The notes beneath the pieces were generated by a model that was not told the origin of the DNA, did no database searches, and was given only the letters and a program-made list of their open reading frames with translations. From assembly GCA_964252035.1 (NCBI GenBank), contig OZ176201.1: a DNA stretch of 64,000 nucleotides. One strand, written 5' to 3'. How positions within the stretch are numbered: position 1 is the stretch's first letter; each line of letters begins with the position of its first letter. Positions 13,990 to 27,569 of the stretch are shown in pieces. The translations under genes and the position numbers were made by a program. The stretch comes from Podarcis erhardii. Taxonomy: Eukaryota.

Positions 13990-14115
13990 AAATAAAGGAG
14001 TTAGGATTTAAATTCCTGGCTCTGCCATGGTCTGACTGACCTTGAGTAAGACATCTGTTCTTGCCCAAGTCTCACTTCTTACAACTGTGAAATGGGGTTA
14101 ATAAAGTACCTTAAT
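13990..14115 (+). mobile_element. Ancient MIR/CORE-SINE remnant
   Basis: aaattcctggctctgcca..tgaccttgagtaag..ctgtgaaatggggttaataa. Confidence 0.55.
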
Positions 14116-15699
14116 TCTCTCTCCTTTGTGGGAAGGGAAGCACAAAAATAATGTTCATCATACATCACTTAAAAGGAGTTGGCTCTCTTGAAGGTTTAAC
14201 TGCGTGGAATGAACAAGACTCTACTCTTTAGCAGACGATATACAGATTTCTTCCTGAAGACTAATGAAAAATGTAAGCCTCTGCAAAGAAGGTGAGAAAG
14301 ACTCCCTTCTTTATGCTGCTCTATAAAACTGGAAGCAGTCACTGTCTGAGCAATGGGGGTTCTGCTGAATCTTTAGCAGTTAATGACAAATATTGCTTCT
14401 CAATATGCTTATTTGCCATTTGTCTCCTTCCCCAGTCACTTGTGTTTTATGAGAACTGCCTTCCTCTGTAAGTAGTGTGCTCTGGATTCTCAGCTGCTTC
14501 ACTAAATCTTGACAACTTCCTTGGCAACTATGCTCAAGAGGAAGTGACCTGGCCTGTTCCCACATAGTTCCAGGCAAACGATGCCGACAGTGATAACAAC
14601 CATTTTACAATATAAGGAAGCAGGGGAACCCTTTTTGGCCCTTGACAGAATATAGAATACGCTCTTCCTCCATGTAGTGACATGGAGGTTTATGTAGCTC
14701 TTGCCACCAGAGGGTGCCCATGTGCTGAGAACTAGGATGGCACAGCATCCCTCCACTCTCAAAGGATTGCAGCAGACAAGCAGAATCTGAGATGTTTAAG
14801 ATGTGTTTTTAAACCCATTCATGAGACATGAAAAGCAAAAAAAGATCTATGGAGACAGCCGCCCTTTGCATTAAATCTAACTCATTCATAAGTGCATAAA
14901 TATATAGAAAGCTATGAAATGCTAATAGAAAATGCTACATGATGATGAGCAAAGTAGCTTGTGTGCATTACCCACTTCAGGGCAAACTAATGTTTATTAA
15001 AGTAGGCCTGAGGTTTCTGGTGGTTTTCAAAGAGGGAACTATCATAACATTATTGACTCATGTTTACATCTCAAGTTCCTTGCGTCTTGCGGATCAGAGG
15101 CTCGTTGACGACTCTTGATTTCATTTTAATTAAAAAAAGAAAACCAACCTTTCCATGGGATTGGGGGATGTGGGGCACAGAGTCAAGAAGACAGATCTTT
15201 TGGAGCCTTTCCAAACAATGTTCTTGCAAACAATAAAATCTGTGTGCAATTAGTTGTTTCTTATTTGTTCCAGGAGTCCAAATGCCTGTTTGCAAAACAG
15301 TGCTCTCTGTTGCAAGGATATTGCATTTTTTCAGCACTCAAATAACAGTATTTGTTCATGTGAAAATGCATCCATAGTTGTGAGCACAGTGCGAAGTGTG
15401 GCAGCATAAACGTCACAGCCACCGACTGAAGAGGACTAGTAATGCCAATAGAAATTATTGCTCTTTCACTTCTTTATATGCTAAACGTTCCTCTGCTGTA
15501 CAACTCAAATGCACAAACGCCATCCCTTCCTCTTCTAAGCAATGTCCTCCCATGTTGTGAACTGTCTTTACATATTTATTTATCTCCTGATTTTACACAC
15601 ACAGCAGCACAACACAATACAAACCAACCTTTGAAACTGGTTGTTTAAGATCTTTGTCAGAAGCCTCTCTCTGGATACCCCTATCTTTGAAGGTGAGGA

Positions 15700-15930
15700 G
15701 GGTGCCTACTGGCAATAGGGCTCTCTCAGCAGCGATGCTTCAGTTGTTTTTCTCCCCTTATCCATTCATGTGGTGCTAGATTTGATGGTCTTTACTCAGC
15801 ATCTTTTTGCTTTCCAGTGTGTTTTGTGTTACAGCTGGTTTAACATCTATCTGCTGATGATGTTTGATTGCATTTGTTAGCATTTTAATATTTGTTTCCG
15901 ATCATGATGTTGTGAAGCTCCCCCAGATCC
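15700..15930 (+). mobile_element. Possible very old L2 3'-end remnant
   Basis: aatagggctctctcagc.. T-rich body ..tgtgaagctcccccag. Confidence 0.35.
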
Positions 15931-16137
15931 AACGATCCCCTCCATGACATTCCCACAGGGCTCATGATGCAAGGTACTGCTCAGGTACTAGAGAGCTTGC
16001 TGCTATGTGCTCATGAGGAAATCTGTAATGGAGCCTACTGCCACAATTTGTTCCCAAAGAGGCAAGGTTCATGACAGCCGACATATTCTCACAGACACCA
16101 CGTAAAAGAACTTCCACCTTATTTCCATAAGGCATTA

Positions 16138-16362
16138 CAGTGGTACCTGGGGTTACATACGCTTCAGGTTACAGACTCCACTAACCAGAAATAGTACCTT
16201 GGGTTAAGAACTTTGCTTCAGGATGAGAACAGAAATCGTGCAGTGGCGGTGCAGCGGCAGCAGGAGGCCCCATTAGCTAAAGTGGTGCTTCAGGTTAAGA
16301 ACAGTTTCAGGTTAAGAACAGACCTCCAGAACAAATTAAGTTCTTAACTCGAGGTACCACTG
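16138..16362. mobile_element. MITE family A
   Basis: TIR cagtggtacct..aggtaccactg, TA on both sides; repeated ggttaagaac. Confidence 0.92.
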
Positions 16363-17653
16363 TACATAAAGTTGAGTGCATAAGACACATGGCAGAAAGC
16401 TAATTTAAAAAATAATTCCTCTTGGCTTCTTCACGCAAGGACTAGCAGTTCTGCGTGATATGGAAGGGTATTTTTAAAATATGTCAGACACTGGAACTTT
16501 CCTTGTAGGATTCCCCCAAAGTCAGAGATGCATCTCAGTGGAATAGTTCCCTGCATATGTTTCAGCAAAGAACCCTGGCATCAGAAACAGCTGCATTCCA
16601 AATACATTCTATTTAAATCATGTTTTTCCCCCCCATCCCCTTTCCCAAAATCACTGCTGTATCACAGTCTTTGTCTAACTGGCGTTTTGATTAGTTCAGA
16701 AATGTGTGCACAGGCCACAACACAACAGTATCCAAGAAAAGGAAAGCTGATCTTCTATACACCGCTCCCCCTCCTGGCTGATAAATGAGCCATGTCCCTG
16801 TTTTAATTTCCAGGCAGCAGTGGGGAGGCTGCATTACCTCATTATTCATTAATTCCTGAAAATGCCCCTTCAAGTGACACTCCTGTGCCAAGCATCACCC
16901 AAATGACAAAAGAAGACTCTCTAGAACACCGGGAGCCTTAATTTACCAAGTGAAAAGTGCCTCAAAATAGAGCTGCCGCTCCCCTAATTACTTTATTTTC
17001 ATAAAAGACCTGACCTCTCTCAAGGCATCATGCTCTGTCTCTGACTACAGAGGCACAACATAAGTTAATCCCACAGACCAATCAATGCTGGGATTCACCT
17101 ACTGCCTTTTTAAAAAGAATAACACATCACCTCCTCATGAGACTCCTTCTGTCTCATCCATATCATGGTGGATAATGAATGCACTTGGATGCTGGTTCTG
17201 ATACAGCACAAATGTGGCATGACATGCAGTTCCCCTAGACGTTTTCCGCCCCACAAAGCAGAGTTACTAAGGTCTCTCCTAGATGGAGCTTTAACACTGC
17301 CTTTTAAGTTCAAAATGTCTCCCTTACAAAAACAAAACTCCTTATTGTGTTCCTTACTTAGTAGTATTCCTGTTCTCTGCCCTGCTTCTCTCCTTGCCCC
17401 CCCCCCAAACTTCGTCCCTCCAACTTTCTCATCCCTTACTCTTAAAAAAAAAAAAAAGGTACAAGACCTGATAATTTTTATGAGCTCCTGGGCTGGGGGA
17501 AGCTCCTAATCCCACCCCAGGCCTTGCCTGGAGCTTCTTTGATTGGAACATTTATTTAATTATAAATTGGATTTTTAAGCACTGCTTACTTTAAGTGTCA
17601 GGTTGAAGGGAATAAGACCCTCAGACTTGACCAGGGAAATCTGTTACTAATGT

Positions 17654-17985
17654 CTTTTGTGGCTTTTGTTTTGCTAATCAGCAGCCTCATGGGACTGCTT
17701 TGAAGAGTGTGGAAGTGGTGCTCAGGGAGATTTTTAATTCTTTCCTTCCATACCCTACCCCTAAAGCAAACTCCCCCCTCCTTACATAAAGTCTGCTATG
17801 ACTGGGGTGGAGAAGACAGACGTGGACAGCAGCTCTCCCCCTAAGCTGATAGTGATAGGAGAAGAATTACATTGGAGAAAAAGCCATGGGATAGTGTTTA
17901 ATAAATCTCTTTCTCCTGGAGTACTACTTCCCCACTCTTCAAAGCAGCCCCATGGGACTGCTAATTAGCAAATAAACTACAAAAG
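17654..17985. repeat. Imperfect inverted repeat with ~85-bp arms (MITE-like)
   Basis: 17654-17737 is the reverse complement of 17898-17985 (tttgctaat(c/t)agcag..ctgctttgaagagtg(t/g)ggaagt..). Confidence 0.85.
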
Positions 17986-20906
17986 ATCCTAATCACAGTT
18001 CTTCCAGGTCAAGTCTGGTTTGGACCTTAGAATGCATTAATTTCCCAGAAGCAATTGATGCAGTGGTATTTCCCTGGTAAATTTCTAAGGTTGTGGGAAG
18101 CAGGGGTGGGAGGTCTGGAGCACACTTTCTGTTAGTTGTGAGACTGAGGCAAGATGGAGGATAGCCTAAGAGGATCCAACAACTGTCCAGGACACATTTA
18201 CCACATTTGCTAAACTCCTTCAAATATCAGTACAACAACAAAAAGCAAACCCATTTACAGACAGCTCTGCATTGCCTTTAGCCATCATCCAGTGAGTGAG
18301 GAGAAATGAGACTGGACCACATGGTTATGCTATTGTGATAGATACTATTGGTTGGCAATCTCACATCCCCAAATGGACCTTTTCTCACTTTTTTGTTACA
18401 TTTGACATAGAATAATGAATCAGAGACAAGTTTAGTCACATTTATCAGATGGGATGGCAGTGTCTTTGCACTTTATAATCTGGAGCAAATATTTCTGTGC
18501 TTTTTGCAGTCATTTTGCCACTCTGAAACTCTCCAACTCCTCACAGAAAGAAATGTGTTCTCAAAGACCTCAACAGGTGTGCCAGGCTGGCTCTGAAGCG
18601 GAGCTATCTATCTGTGTGCTCCTGACAGATTGTTGCTTCCAAAGCATCATCAGTATTGATTCTCTATGGTGGTTGCAATAAGCTGGTCTAGTGCTCAGCC
18701 TATCAAAAGGAAACCCCTTCAGCCTCCACCCTTCCTAATTTTAGCTTTGTCAGCTTGCCAGCAAGTTTCTACAAAAGATGGGATGCTCATAGTAATCCAT
18801 TGTATTTGCATGTTCTTCTCCACTGCTTCCCAATAACCAGAGAAAGTTTAAAGGCCCCAACCTAAGAGAAGCCTGAATCACAGAACACACAGCCACCTTT
18901 GTTCTGATAATCACTGCAGACACATTCCAGCCCTTATCAGCTAGTGAATATTAATAATTCATAGAGCGCCTAAGAAGATTACATCAGCTTTCTGACACAT
19001 ACCACACATACCATGTCCTGTTGTGCCAGCCATCTGTCACTATCTCAAAAGCTGAAGCAACAGAGAAGGATTTCAAGTCCCATCCCTCCACAGGTTTCCC
19101 CCCCCCCCCCCGTCTCAGTCTAAAGAGCTAAATACATGTTTTACTGTAGGCTGGAAATGTTCAAAACCTTTTCCAGACAATTAATTGCCAAAGGCGGAAA
19201 CCAACTTTCCAGATTGAAACAAGGTCACACCTGCCATTTACTTCCACTCAGCATCCCATAATTACAAATCAAAGAAACGTAGCAGTCAACAAAGACAGAG
19301 GCATTTCACGAAGAGATGCTCAAACATTCCAGACCATCTCTTGAACTGTTTAAGAGTAATGGTGGTGGCCGAGAAGCTGCTGTACCCTGAGCATGGCTGG
19401 CCTGCTGCGATCCTTGTATAAAGGGATCACACAACAATATTGCCTCTGCATATCTTGAAAACACTTTCCAATTTCCACATTTTGTGATCAGGCTCCCGAA
19501 GCGAAGGAAAATGCACGAATCTCCTCCCTTTGCCTCTCTTCCACGTGGACACTTGAGGCCCTTGTTGACAGAATATCAGATGTAGAAGCCCACAGTGCAT
19601 AGTACAGACAAGCAATACAAAGCAAGGAATGGGAAGGCCAGGAGAAGCTAAGCTGCCTTCCAAGAATTAACAGGACCCAGGAGATGTTAGAAGGAATGCC
19701 ATTTTAAAAACAACAACAACACATATGATTAGAAGGACCACCCCTCCCACGCTGATTGTAGGTAAGAGGAAAGAGAGCACTCACCTCCCTGTTTACTTCT
19801 GTCAAGATAGATTGAAACCCTTCGGGCCAGACCTGTGAGAAGACAGGGATTAAGGGGTTGATGCTAAGGGTAAGTTGGTCAGCCAAAGCAAAACAAATCT
19901 TAAAAAAAGGATTAGGAAAAGCAACCCAAAAGGAACAGAAAAGAACACAGTTAGAGAGAAGCGGTAGCGGCAGAGAGGCCTCCATTCAGGGAAGGAAGGA
20001 AGGAAGGAAGACGAGTAGGTTGATCACAGCAGCCATCCTAGGAAGCCATTAGCCATGAGGAGGAAAGCAAGACCGGTCTTCTTTTGCTCATATCCCACTC
20101 AGAAGGGCCCTGCTATACTCTACCTAGAATGAAAGGCACCTCGCTGTCAGTGGAGGAGTGAGAAATGAAAGCTGCGCTCCAAATGACCCCTCACCAAAGA
20201 AAAACCCACAAAGAAACCCAACACCCTGTGAGGGGAGAGGTGAATCCAAACAGCCAAGCGATGTGCTGCTCAGGCCTCACTGAGCCACCAGCTCAGCTGT
20301 GAAGCAATACAGTAGGCAGCAACAAAGCACACTTCAATAATTTGCTAATGAGCACTCATTCAGAGAGGAAGGACCATTTACAGAGGACTCTGCTCAAACA
20401 ACTGCTTAAGTGGGGGAAATTAGCAGTACAAGGGGATTCATTTGAAGTCATCAGGAAGAAGGCTGGATAATGAGAGGAGCTGCAGGGTGGCGGCTGCAGC
20501 TCAGTTGTTAAGGACAGGGCAGCTTAGGCACATGCTGAGCCTAGCTGCCCTTGGTTTGCCCAAGGAACTCTAGAAAAAGAACCTGCTTGACCTTTTCCAG
20601 GGCAGGACTTGCATAGGCCACTCTCAAACACCATGGGTTCACCTTTAAAACAAGCCCCAAAACTGGGAGGAAGTAAAGCAGTGGTGATGGATGCCCGCAA
20701 AGAGGTCAGAGATGCACCAGTTGGAGGTGACAGCCCATTCTCTCCATTGTAAGGCATCACTTGTTCTGTACGGTAGTCTGAGAGCACCAGTCAGAGTCCT
20801 TTATTTATTTACATTTATATGCCACCTTTTTTCTCCTTGGCTAGATGGACTGCCTATCTGACCTCAGGGAAAGATGTTCCTTATGCTGTTGCTTTTCTTT
20901 TCTCTT

Positions 20907-21157
20907 CAGTGTGGTGTAGTGGTTAAGAGAGGTAGTCTTGTAATCTGGTGAACCAGGTTTGCTTCCCTGCTCCTCCATATGCAGCTGCTGGGTGACCTTG
21001 GGCTAGTCACACTTCTTTGAAGTCTCTCAGCCTTACTCACCTCACAGAGTGTTTGTTGTGGGGAAGGAAGGGAAAGGAGAATGTTAGTCGCTTTGAGACT
21101 CCTTTGGGTAGTGATAAAGCGGGATATCAAATCCAAAACTCTCTTCTTCTCTCTTCC
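20907..21157 (+). mobile_element. Squam3-type tRNA/CORE SINE
   Basis: A box TGGTGTAGTGG (20912-20922), degenerate B box (20956-20966), CORE ctgggtgaccttgggctagtcac, 3' gctttgagactcc..aaagcgggatat and (CTT)-like tail. Confidence 0.85.
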
Positions 21158-22051
21158 TAATTCTAACTGGTAATACACAGGATGTGGTTATGCTGATGTG
21201 AACTACCATGTCCTTCCCCTACCAGTCTACAGTCTGACCTAGGAGCCTGCATTATGCTTTCTGTTAAACCACTCATCTTAAACATCCTCTTTGTAAAAAA
21301 GAAAGGAAAAAAGTCACTCTGCCTATTCCATGTGAAACCTCGCATGCAATCTACACAAACCAGGACCTTTTGAAATAGTGTCTGAATCACAAAATGGACA
21401 CCTGTGGGAGTAGCATCCTCTCAGGAATCACCTTGAGACTGTAACCTACTGAAGCACTAACTTGCACAAGGCTTGCCCTGCTTTTATATCTTTCCTATTT
21501 CTCCATGTCACCCTTCTCACTGGTTCAACTGCAAACAAAACCATCTAAAAGAGAACCACTCCACGCACACACAAAGAAAACCCTGTAGAATAAAGGGGCT
21601 TGCTTAGTACCGGTCCATCTTTTGTTATGAGGAGCAGACCAAGACAGAATGACAGATCTGCTTGGCCAAAACAGCCAAGTGCTGAATTTATTCAGATGTT
21701 CACTTCAGCAACTTCCCCCCACTTCCTTTGGAGTGGTACAATATGAACTGTGCCTGCACTATTTCAGGTGGTGCCTGGGTGCTTTCATTAAAATGGTCAT
21801 TATATCAACACCAATTCAGCACTGACCTGGAGCTGACTCATAATAATGTGCATAGATTCTGTGGTTCCCTCCACCCCCTGCCTGATTCTCTAGTGCTCAC
21901 ACAGCTGTTCTAATCTTCACATGATCCAAAATATTATGACTTTGCATAATGTGAAATTTGCTCCTGTCTTTCTTAGACCTAATCCTTTAACTTTTAGATG
22001 GACAATGAATGTATTTGGTAGATTTAAGCCAGGAAAGGGCATAACCAATGC

Positions 22052-23460
22052 TAACAGTCTCAAACCTTCCATTCTTGGGCAAGGTGATTGAGCGAGTGGT
22101 TGCTGAACAACTCCAGGCACGCCTGGAAGAAGCGGACCATTTGGATCCCTTCCAGTCGGGATTCAGGCCTCATCATGGGACTGAAACTGCCTTGGTCGCA
22201 CTGGTTGATGATCTCCGGCGGGCTAGGGACAAAGGTGAGAGCTGTTTCCTAGTTCTGCTGGATCTCTCAGCGGCGTTTGATACCATCGACCATGACATCC
22301 TTCTGGAGCGTCTTGAGGGGCTGGGAGCTGGGGGCACTGTCATACAGTGGTTCCGCTCCTTCCTCCTGGGCCGTGTTCAGAAAGTGGTGGTGGGGGATGA
22401 GTGTTCAGACCCCTGGGCTCTCACTTGTGGGGTGCCTCAGGGTTCTGTCCTCTCCCCCATGCTTTTCAACATCTACATGCAGCTGCTGGGAGGGATCATC
22501 AGGAGGTTTGGGCTGGGTGTTCATTAGTATGCAGATGATACCCAGCTCTACCTCTCTTTTAAATCAGAACCAGTGAAGGCGGTGAAGGTCCTGTGTGAGT
22601 GTCTGGAAGCGGTTGGAGGATGGATGGCGGCTAACAGATTGAGGTTGAATCCTGACAAGACAGAAGTACTGTTTTTGGGGGACAGGAGGCGGGCAGGTGT
22701 GGAGGATTCCCTGGTCCTGAATGGGGTAACTGTGCCCCTGAAGGACCAGGTGCGCAGCCTGGGAGTCATTTTGGACTCACAGCTGTCCATGGAGGCACAG
22801 GTCAAATCTGTATCCAGGGCAGCTGTTTACCAGCTCCATCTGGTACGTAGGCTGAGACCCTATCTGCCTGCAGACTGTCTCGCCAGAGTGGTACATGCTC
22901 TGGTTATCTCCCGCTTGGACTACTGCAATGCGCTCTACGTGGGGCTACCTTTGAAGGTGACCCGGAAACTACAACTAATCCAGAATGCAGCAGCTAGACT
23001 GGTGACTGGGAGCGGCCGCCGAGACCATATAACACCGGTCTTGAAAGACCTACATTGGCTCCCAGTACGTTTCCGAGCACAATTCAAAGTGTTGGTGCTG
23101 ACCTTTAAAGCCCTAAATGGCCTCGGTCCAGTATATCTGAAGGAGCGTCTCCTCCCCCATCGTTCTGCCCGGACACTGAGGTCCAGCTCCGAGGGCCTTC
23201 TGGCGGTTCCCTCACTGCGAGAGGCTAAGTTACAGGGAACCAGGCAGAGGGCCTTCTCGGTAGTGGCGCCCGCCCTGTGGAATGCCCTCCCATCAGATGT
23301 CAAAGCGATAAACAACTACCTGACATTCAGAAGACATCTGAAGGCAGCCCTGTTCAGGGAAGTTTTTAATATGTGACATTTTAGTGTATTTTCATCTCTG
23401 TTGGAAGCCGCCCAGAGTGGCTGGGGAAACCCAGCCAGATGGGCGGGGTACTAATAATAA

Positions 23461-23501
<41 letters not shown>
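22052..23501 (+). mobile_element. L2 (CR1-group) LINE, 5'-truncated, young; RT C-terminal part with one nonsense codon
   Basis: ORFs 22048-22527 and 22573-23376 share one frame: SNLPFLGKV..FQSGFRP..LLDLSAAFDTIDH..GVPQGSVLSP..H*YADDTQLY..SRLDYCN..LHWLPV. 3' stem-loop tggctggg/cccagcca and (ATT)13 tail. Confidence 0.95.
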
Positions 23502-23502
<1 letters not shown>

Positions 23503-24965
23503 AGAAAAAAACCCTGTTTGCTGTTGCAGTATGTAGTCAGTACAGAGCTGAAGCCTTTGGGTTTCCTATATATAGGCACATGAATGTTTTGCTGGAGAAT
23601 TACACACACTTTTATAAGATTCCTTTCCTTCCATCCCTCTTAATCCACTCCAGCCTGTTCTTCACAAATGAGAAAGCTTGCACAAAGAGGTCAGGTCTAC
23701 CCACTCCTTTAAGTGTGTCCTCTGCTCCTGCTGTTCATTCAATCCCCTTGTGAGGTCAGTGACCCATTTTTCATCAAGATGATTACATCACCAACTGAGG
23801 ATTAGAAGATGGAGGAGAGAGATGGAGGAAAAACAACCAACAGCAGAGGATGCTAAAATTCAGGTATCGTTCCACTAGCATGTAAAAAGAGGAAGGAAGA
23901 GGAAGCACAATACAGAAAATCAAGGCCACAAGCACAATGGTCTCAGAGAGACAGGAGTCAGATTACAGCCCTGTGCCAAACTGCACCAGCAGTCTCCACA
24001 GCAAAGGCTAGCACTTCTAACAACAATCTCATTTCTACAGAGGACTCATTTAATTCACCCTGCACCTTTGCACAGAGTGAATTTAACTAACCCTCTCATT
24101 CCCACAGCAATATGCATAGGTAGTAACAAAATCAAGGACCGAAAGAGAAATTTAATAGTTCTGTAAAGGAAGCACAATCACTCTCCCTTAGTGCTGTTTC
24201 TTATTCACCGAAACAGTGAGGAAATTACCGGCAGAAAATCCAAGCCATAGTGGAAATCAGAAACAACAGTCACAAGGGACCTGGGCAACTCTTCTCTACA
24301 GAAATCATTTGCTCATCCTATAGAAAAGTGTGAAAAGGGGATGATCAGGAACAGCTGTTCTTTACTATCAAAAAACAAACCATTGCCCATTACCCAGGCT
24401 AGGCTGTATCTGTAAATCAATGCTTCATGGGAATATTTTTTATGTCAACATGTTGGTTTGCTCTGCTCTCATTACTCTTACACGTTTTATTTTTTTATGA
24501 TGCCTGAACGTTGTTTAAAAGGAGTTGTTACGTGGGCAGGTTTTTCTTGTCTTCTCATCTTCTGAACTGCAGCCACAGACAACAGCAGTGGCAGACACTT
24601 CAAGGAAGAGCCAAGGATACAATTGGATTTGACTGCACACACCAGCCTCTGCTGGAGTCCAAGGGTTAAGGCAATATTTGCTTGTACACATTTTATTGAA
24701 CTGAATCAATGAAATGCCACTTCTCTTCAGCCTCAAACTTTTTTTTTGTAGTGACTCAAAACAATAAAAATGAATTATTTTAAGATAAGAGATGATAGCT
24801 AAACAGAGTATATTTTTAGCCAAAAACAGTCACTCTTATTCAGAATTTATAACAAAGGGCTTATAGGGTGTTAACATCAGAAGTGAGGATATCAGAGTAC
24901 AGCAACACATATCAAGTTGTGTCCATGTGATAGCAGGTTCTTGCCTTATCTTAAACCTTTTAAAG

Positions 24966-25104
24966 CATGATTAGGGAACCTGTGACCCTGCAAACGTTGC
25001 CACACTACAACTCCCATCATCCCTGAACCATTGGTCATGCTGGCAGGGGCTGATGGGAGTTGAAGTTCAACATTAACTGGAAGGCCACAAGTTCTTCACC
25101 TACT
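24966..25104. mobile_element. Short palindromic hAT-type MITE (actacaactcccatc family)
   Basis: Internal inverted repeat ctacaactcccatcatc/gctgatgggagttgaag; related copies at 53913 and 61851. Confidence 0.7.
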
Positions 25105-25805
25105 TCAAAGGAATTACACGGGTTAGAAAACTACATTTCCAGTTTAACATATTGATTGTTGAGAGAAGCAATGTATTGGCTATCAGACTACGAGTGTCTC
25201 AGACGAATATTTTCAAAATTTAGTTATGGACTTTGCTTGTCTATTTTTGTGAAGCAAAATGTAACACAGGATTTATCCCACTTTCTTTGGACTTCAAAGC
25301 CAGCTCTCAAATATTATTGCCAGCGTTGGACGCAGTATCATTAATATCAGCCTCCAGCGAACTGGTGCCCTCTACATGTTTTGCACTACAGTTCCAATCA
25401 CCCCTAAGCCTTGGCCACACTGATTGGGGATGATGGGGTTGGCTGCTTTATATGTATTCCATTTAAATTAGCCTTTTTGCTTAGTGCATTTGTACTTGAA
25501 GTATTTGCTAATGTGTGTGTGTGTGTGTGTGAGAGACACAAACCTTACAAGTATGCTAAAGTTAAGATAATTTCTTTCTAGATTTTCTGATTGCAAATTC
25601 TGGATAAATTCATTGGTTTTGGTGGGGATAAGCAATAAAAATAACAGAAAAATGGGAGAAGAGCATGTAGTGGCGCATAAGGAAGTCTAACAAAGTTCTA
25701 ATTTCTCCTACGATGATTAATTCAGTGCTTGTTTTGAAATACACACACACACACAACCCTCTGCCTACTGGGTAATCCAACACTGGCTATGCTGATTCTC
25801 AAATA

Positions 25806-26031
25806 CAGTGATACCTCAGGTTACATACACTTCAGGTTACAGACTCCGCTAACCCAGAAATGGTACCTCGGGTTCAGAACTTTGCTTCAGGATGAGAACA
25901 GAAATCGTGCTCCAGCGGCACGGCAGCAGCAGGAGGCCCCATTAGCTAAAGTGGTGTCTCAGGTTAAGAACAGTTTCAGGTTAAGAACGGACCTCTGGAA
26001 CGAATTAAGTACTTAACCCGAGGTACCACTG
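25806..26031. mobile_element. MITE family A
   Basis: TIR cagtgatacctc..gaggtaccactg, TA on both sides; body similar to 16138-16362. Confidence 0.92.
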
Positions 26032-27569
26032 TATGTGCTTTCAAGATGCTTTAGGGTGAGATGTGTGTTTAATGAACATCACGTAAGCTTTAAAGCTTGG
26101 TAAAGGGACTGTGAAGACAAGACCTGGAGAGATCAACAAGATTTGACTTTGGTACTCTACTCTCCACCCAAAGCAGCAGAGGGAGTTCAAGAACTGCAAG
26201 ATAAGCATCTCTTAGCTGCTTTTATTGACAATATTCCTGCAAATGGCAGGATTTCACTCACAGCAGACATCTAACTGCCCATACTTTATGATCGGTTCTT
26301 TGCACATGTAATGGTGTGCTACAGAAGCTCGAGTTTGCAGCAGCTGCACCTCAAATTTCAGGCTACCTGGCCGAAAAGGAAGAGGAACAGAATCACCATA
26401 ATATTCTTTTCATGGAAAGAGCCAGAGGAAGGTCTGTCAAAGTTTTAAGATCTGAGTGAGGCATCGTCTGTGAATTCCAATGAATAGCTAGAAGGCACAT
26501 TATACAGGAAAAGCAGGGCAATGTGAGGGAGGAAGAGGACATTAAAGGAAAACATGTAGGCAGTGCTACTGAAATGTAAAACCCTTAATGTTCAAAGGGC
26601 AGAGATTTTTATTTTGACGTATCAAACCACTATCACTTACTGGCTATGCCAGCACAAATATTTTAAATGGAATGCAAAGTGCTGGTTTAGCAACAGGAAG
26701 TTTTCAAATAAGCGGTTGTCAGGCTTCAGTGCTGAGATGCACAGGTTCAGAAATGAGAACTGTCAGAGCATTAATGACTCCTCGTGTCTTGGAAGCAGAC
26801 CAAGTATCCTTCATTATCACATCCGGCATAGTGGGTTTTTTTGGTCACCTAACCCTGCACCTCAGTCTCTCAGCCGGGCTTGTTAAGTGATGGGTTTCTT
26901 GTTGACACCTAACCCTGCCTGGATTCTCTACATGTTCGGGACACTCAAACTACTTGCACTACCATCCTGTAAATGTGACATTTCACTTGACCTTCCATCC
27001 TCCCTCCACAATGAACAGCAGGAAATACTGCAAGCGGTGTGCCCAAGTCAAGGCAGGCTGAGCAAGGTAGTATGGGAAGCATGCAGAGCTGGGGCAAAAG
27101 GGAACAAGCAAACCAAAAAAAGGATAGTGGCAAGAGGTGAGTTTTTGGGGTAAAACCCCAAAGTGAGAGGAGAAAACCAGCTGCAATAATGAGTCCAAGG
27201 AAGGGCAGTGCTTAGAAAAGCCTCACACAACAATTCTCTATCTAGAAGCAAAAAAGTTAGATCTGACCTCCAGTGATGAAACTCCAGCGCAGTCCAGGAA
27301 GGGAACTCACCTGTACTCCTCTGTTCAGCACTATGAAAAAGATTGCATCTATTCCCCATCTGGCATCTCTGCTTAATCTTACATTTATTATTTGTTTTTA
27401 AAGTATCGCGGGGCAGAAATTTCTCATCGGCTCCATCAAGACCAAAACATTGTTAACAAGGTATTACTGTAGACAGTGAAGACCACTCCATGTTACCTAA
27501 CCCTGTTCCAAATGATGGCAAACTACTTTTGCCCCTTCAAATCCAGATAGAATGCTAGGTCATACCTAC

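Noticed and set aside
22548-23315. Antisense ORFs (85 and 126 aa) over the L2
   Set aside because: These are the usual shadow frames of a GC-rich RT coding sequence.
25512-25755. (TG)n and (AC)n tracts ~230 bp apart forming a potential stem
   Set aside because: Both tracts are short and dinucleotide repeats are abundant, so the pairing is expected by chance.
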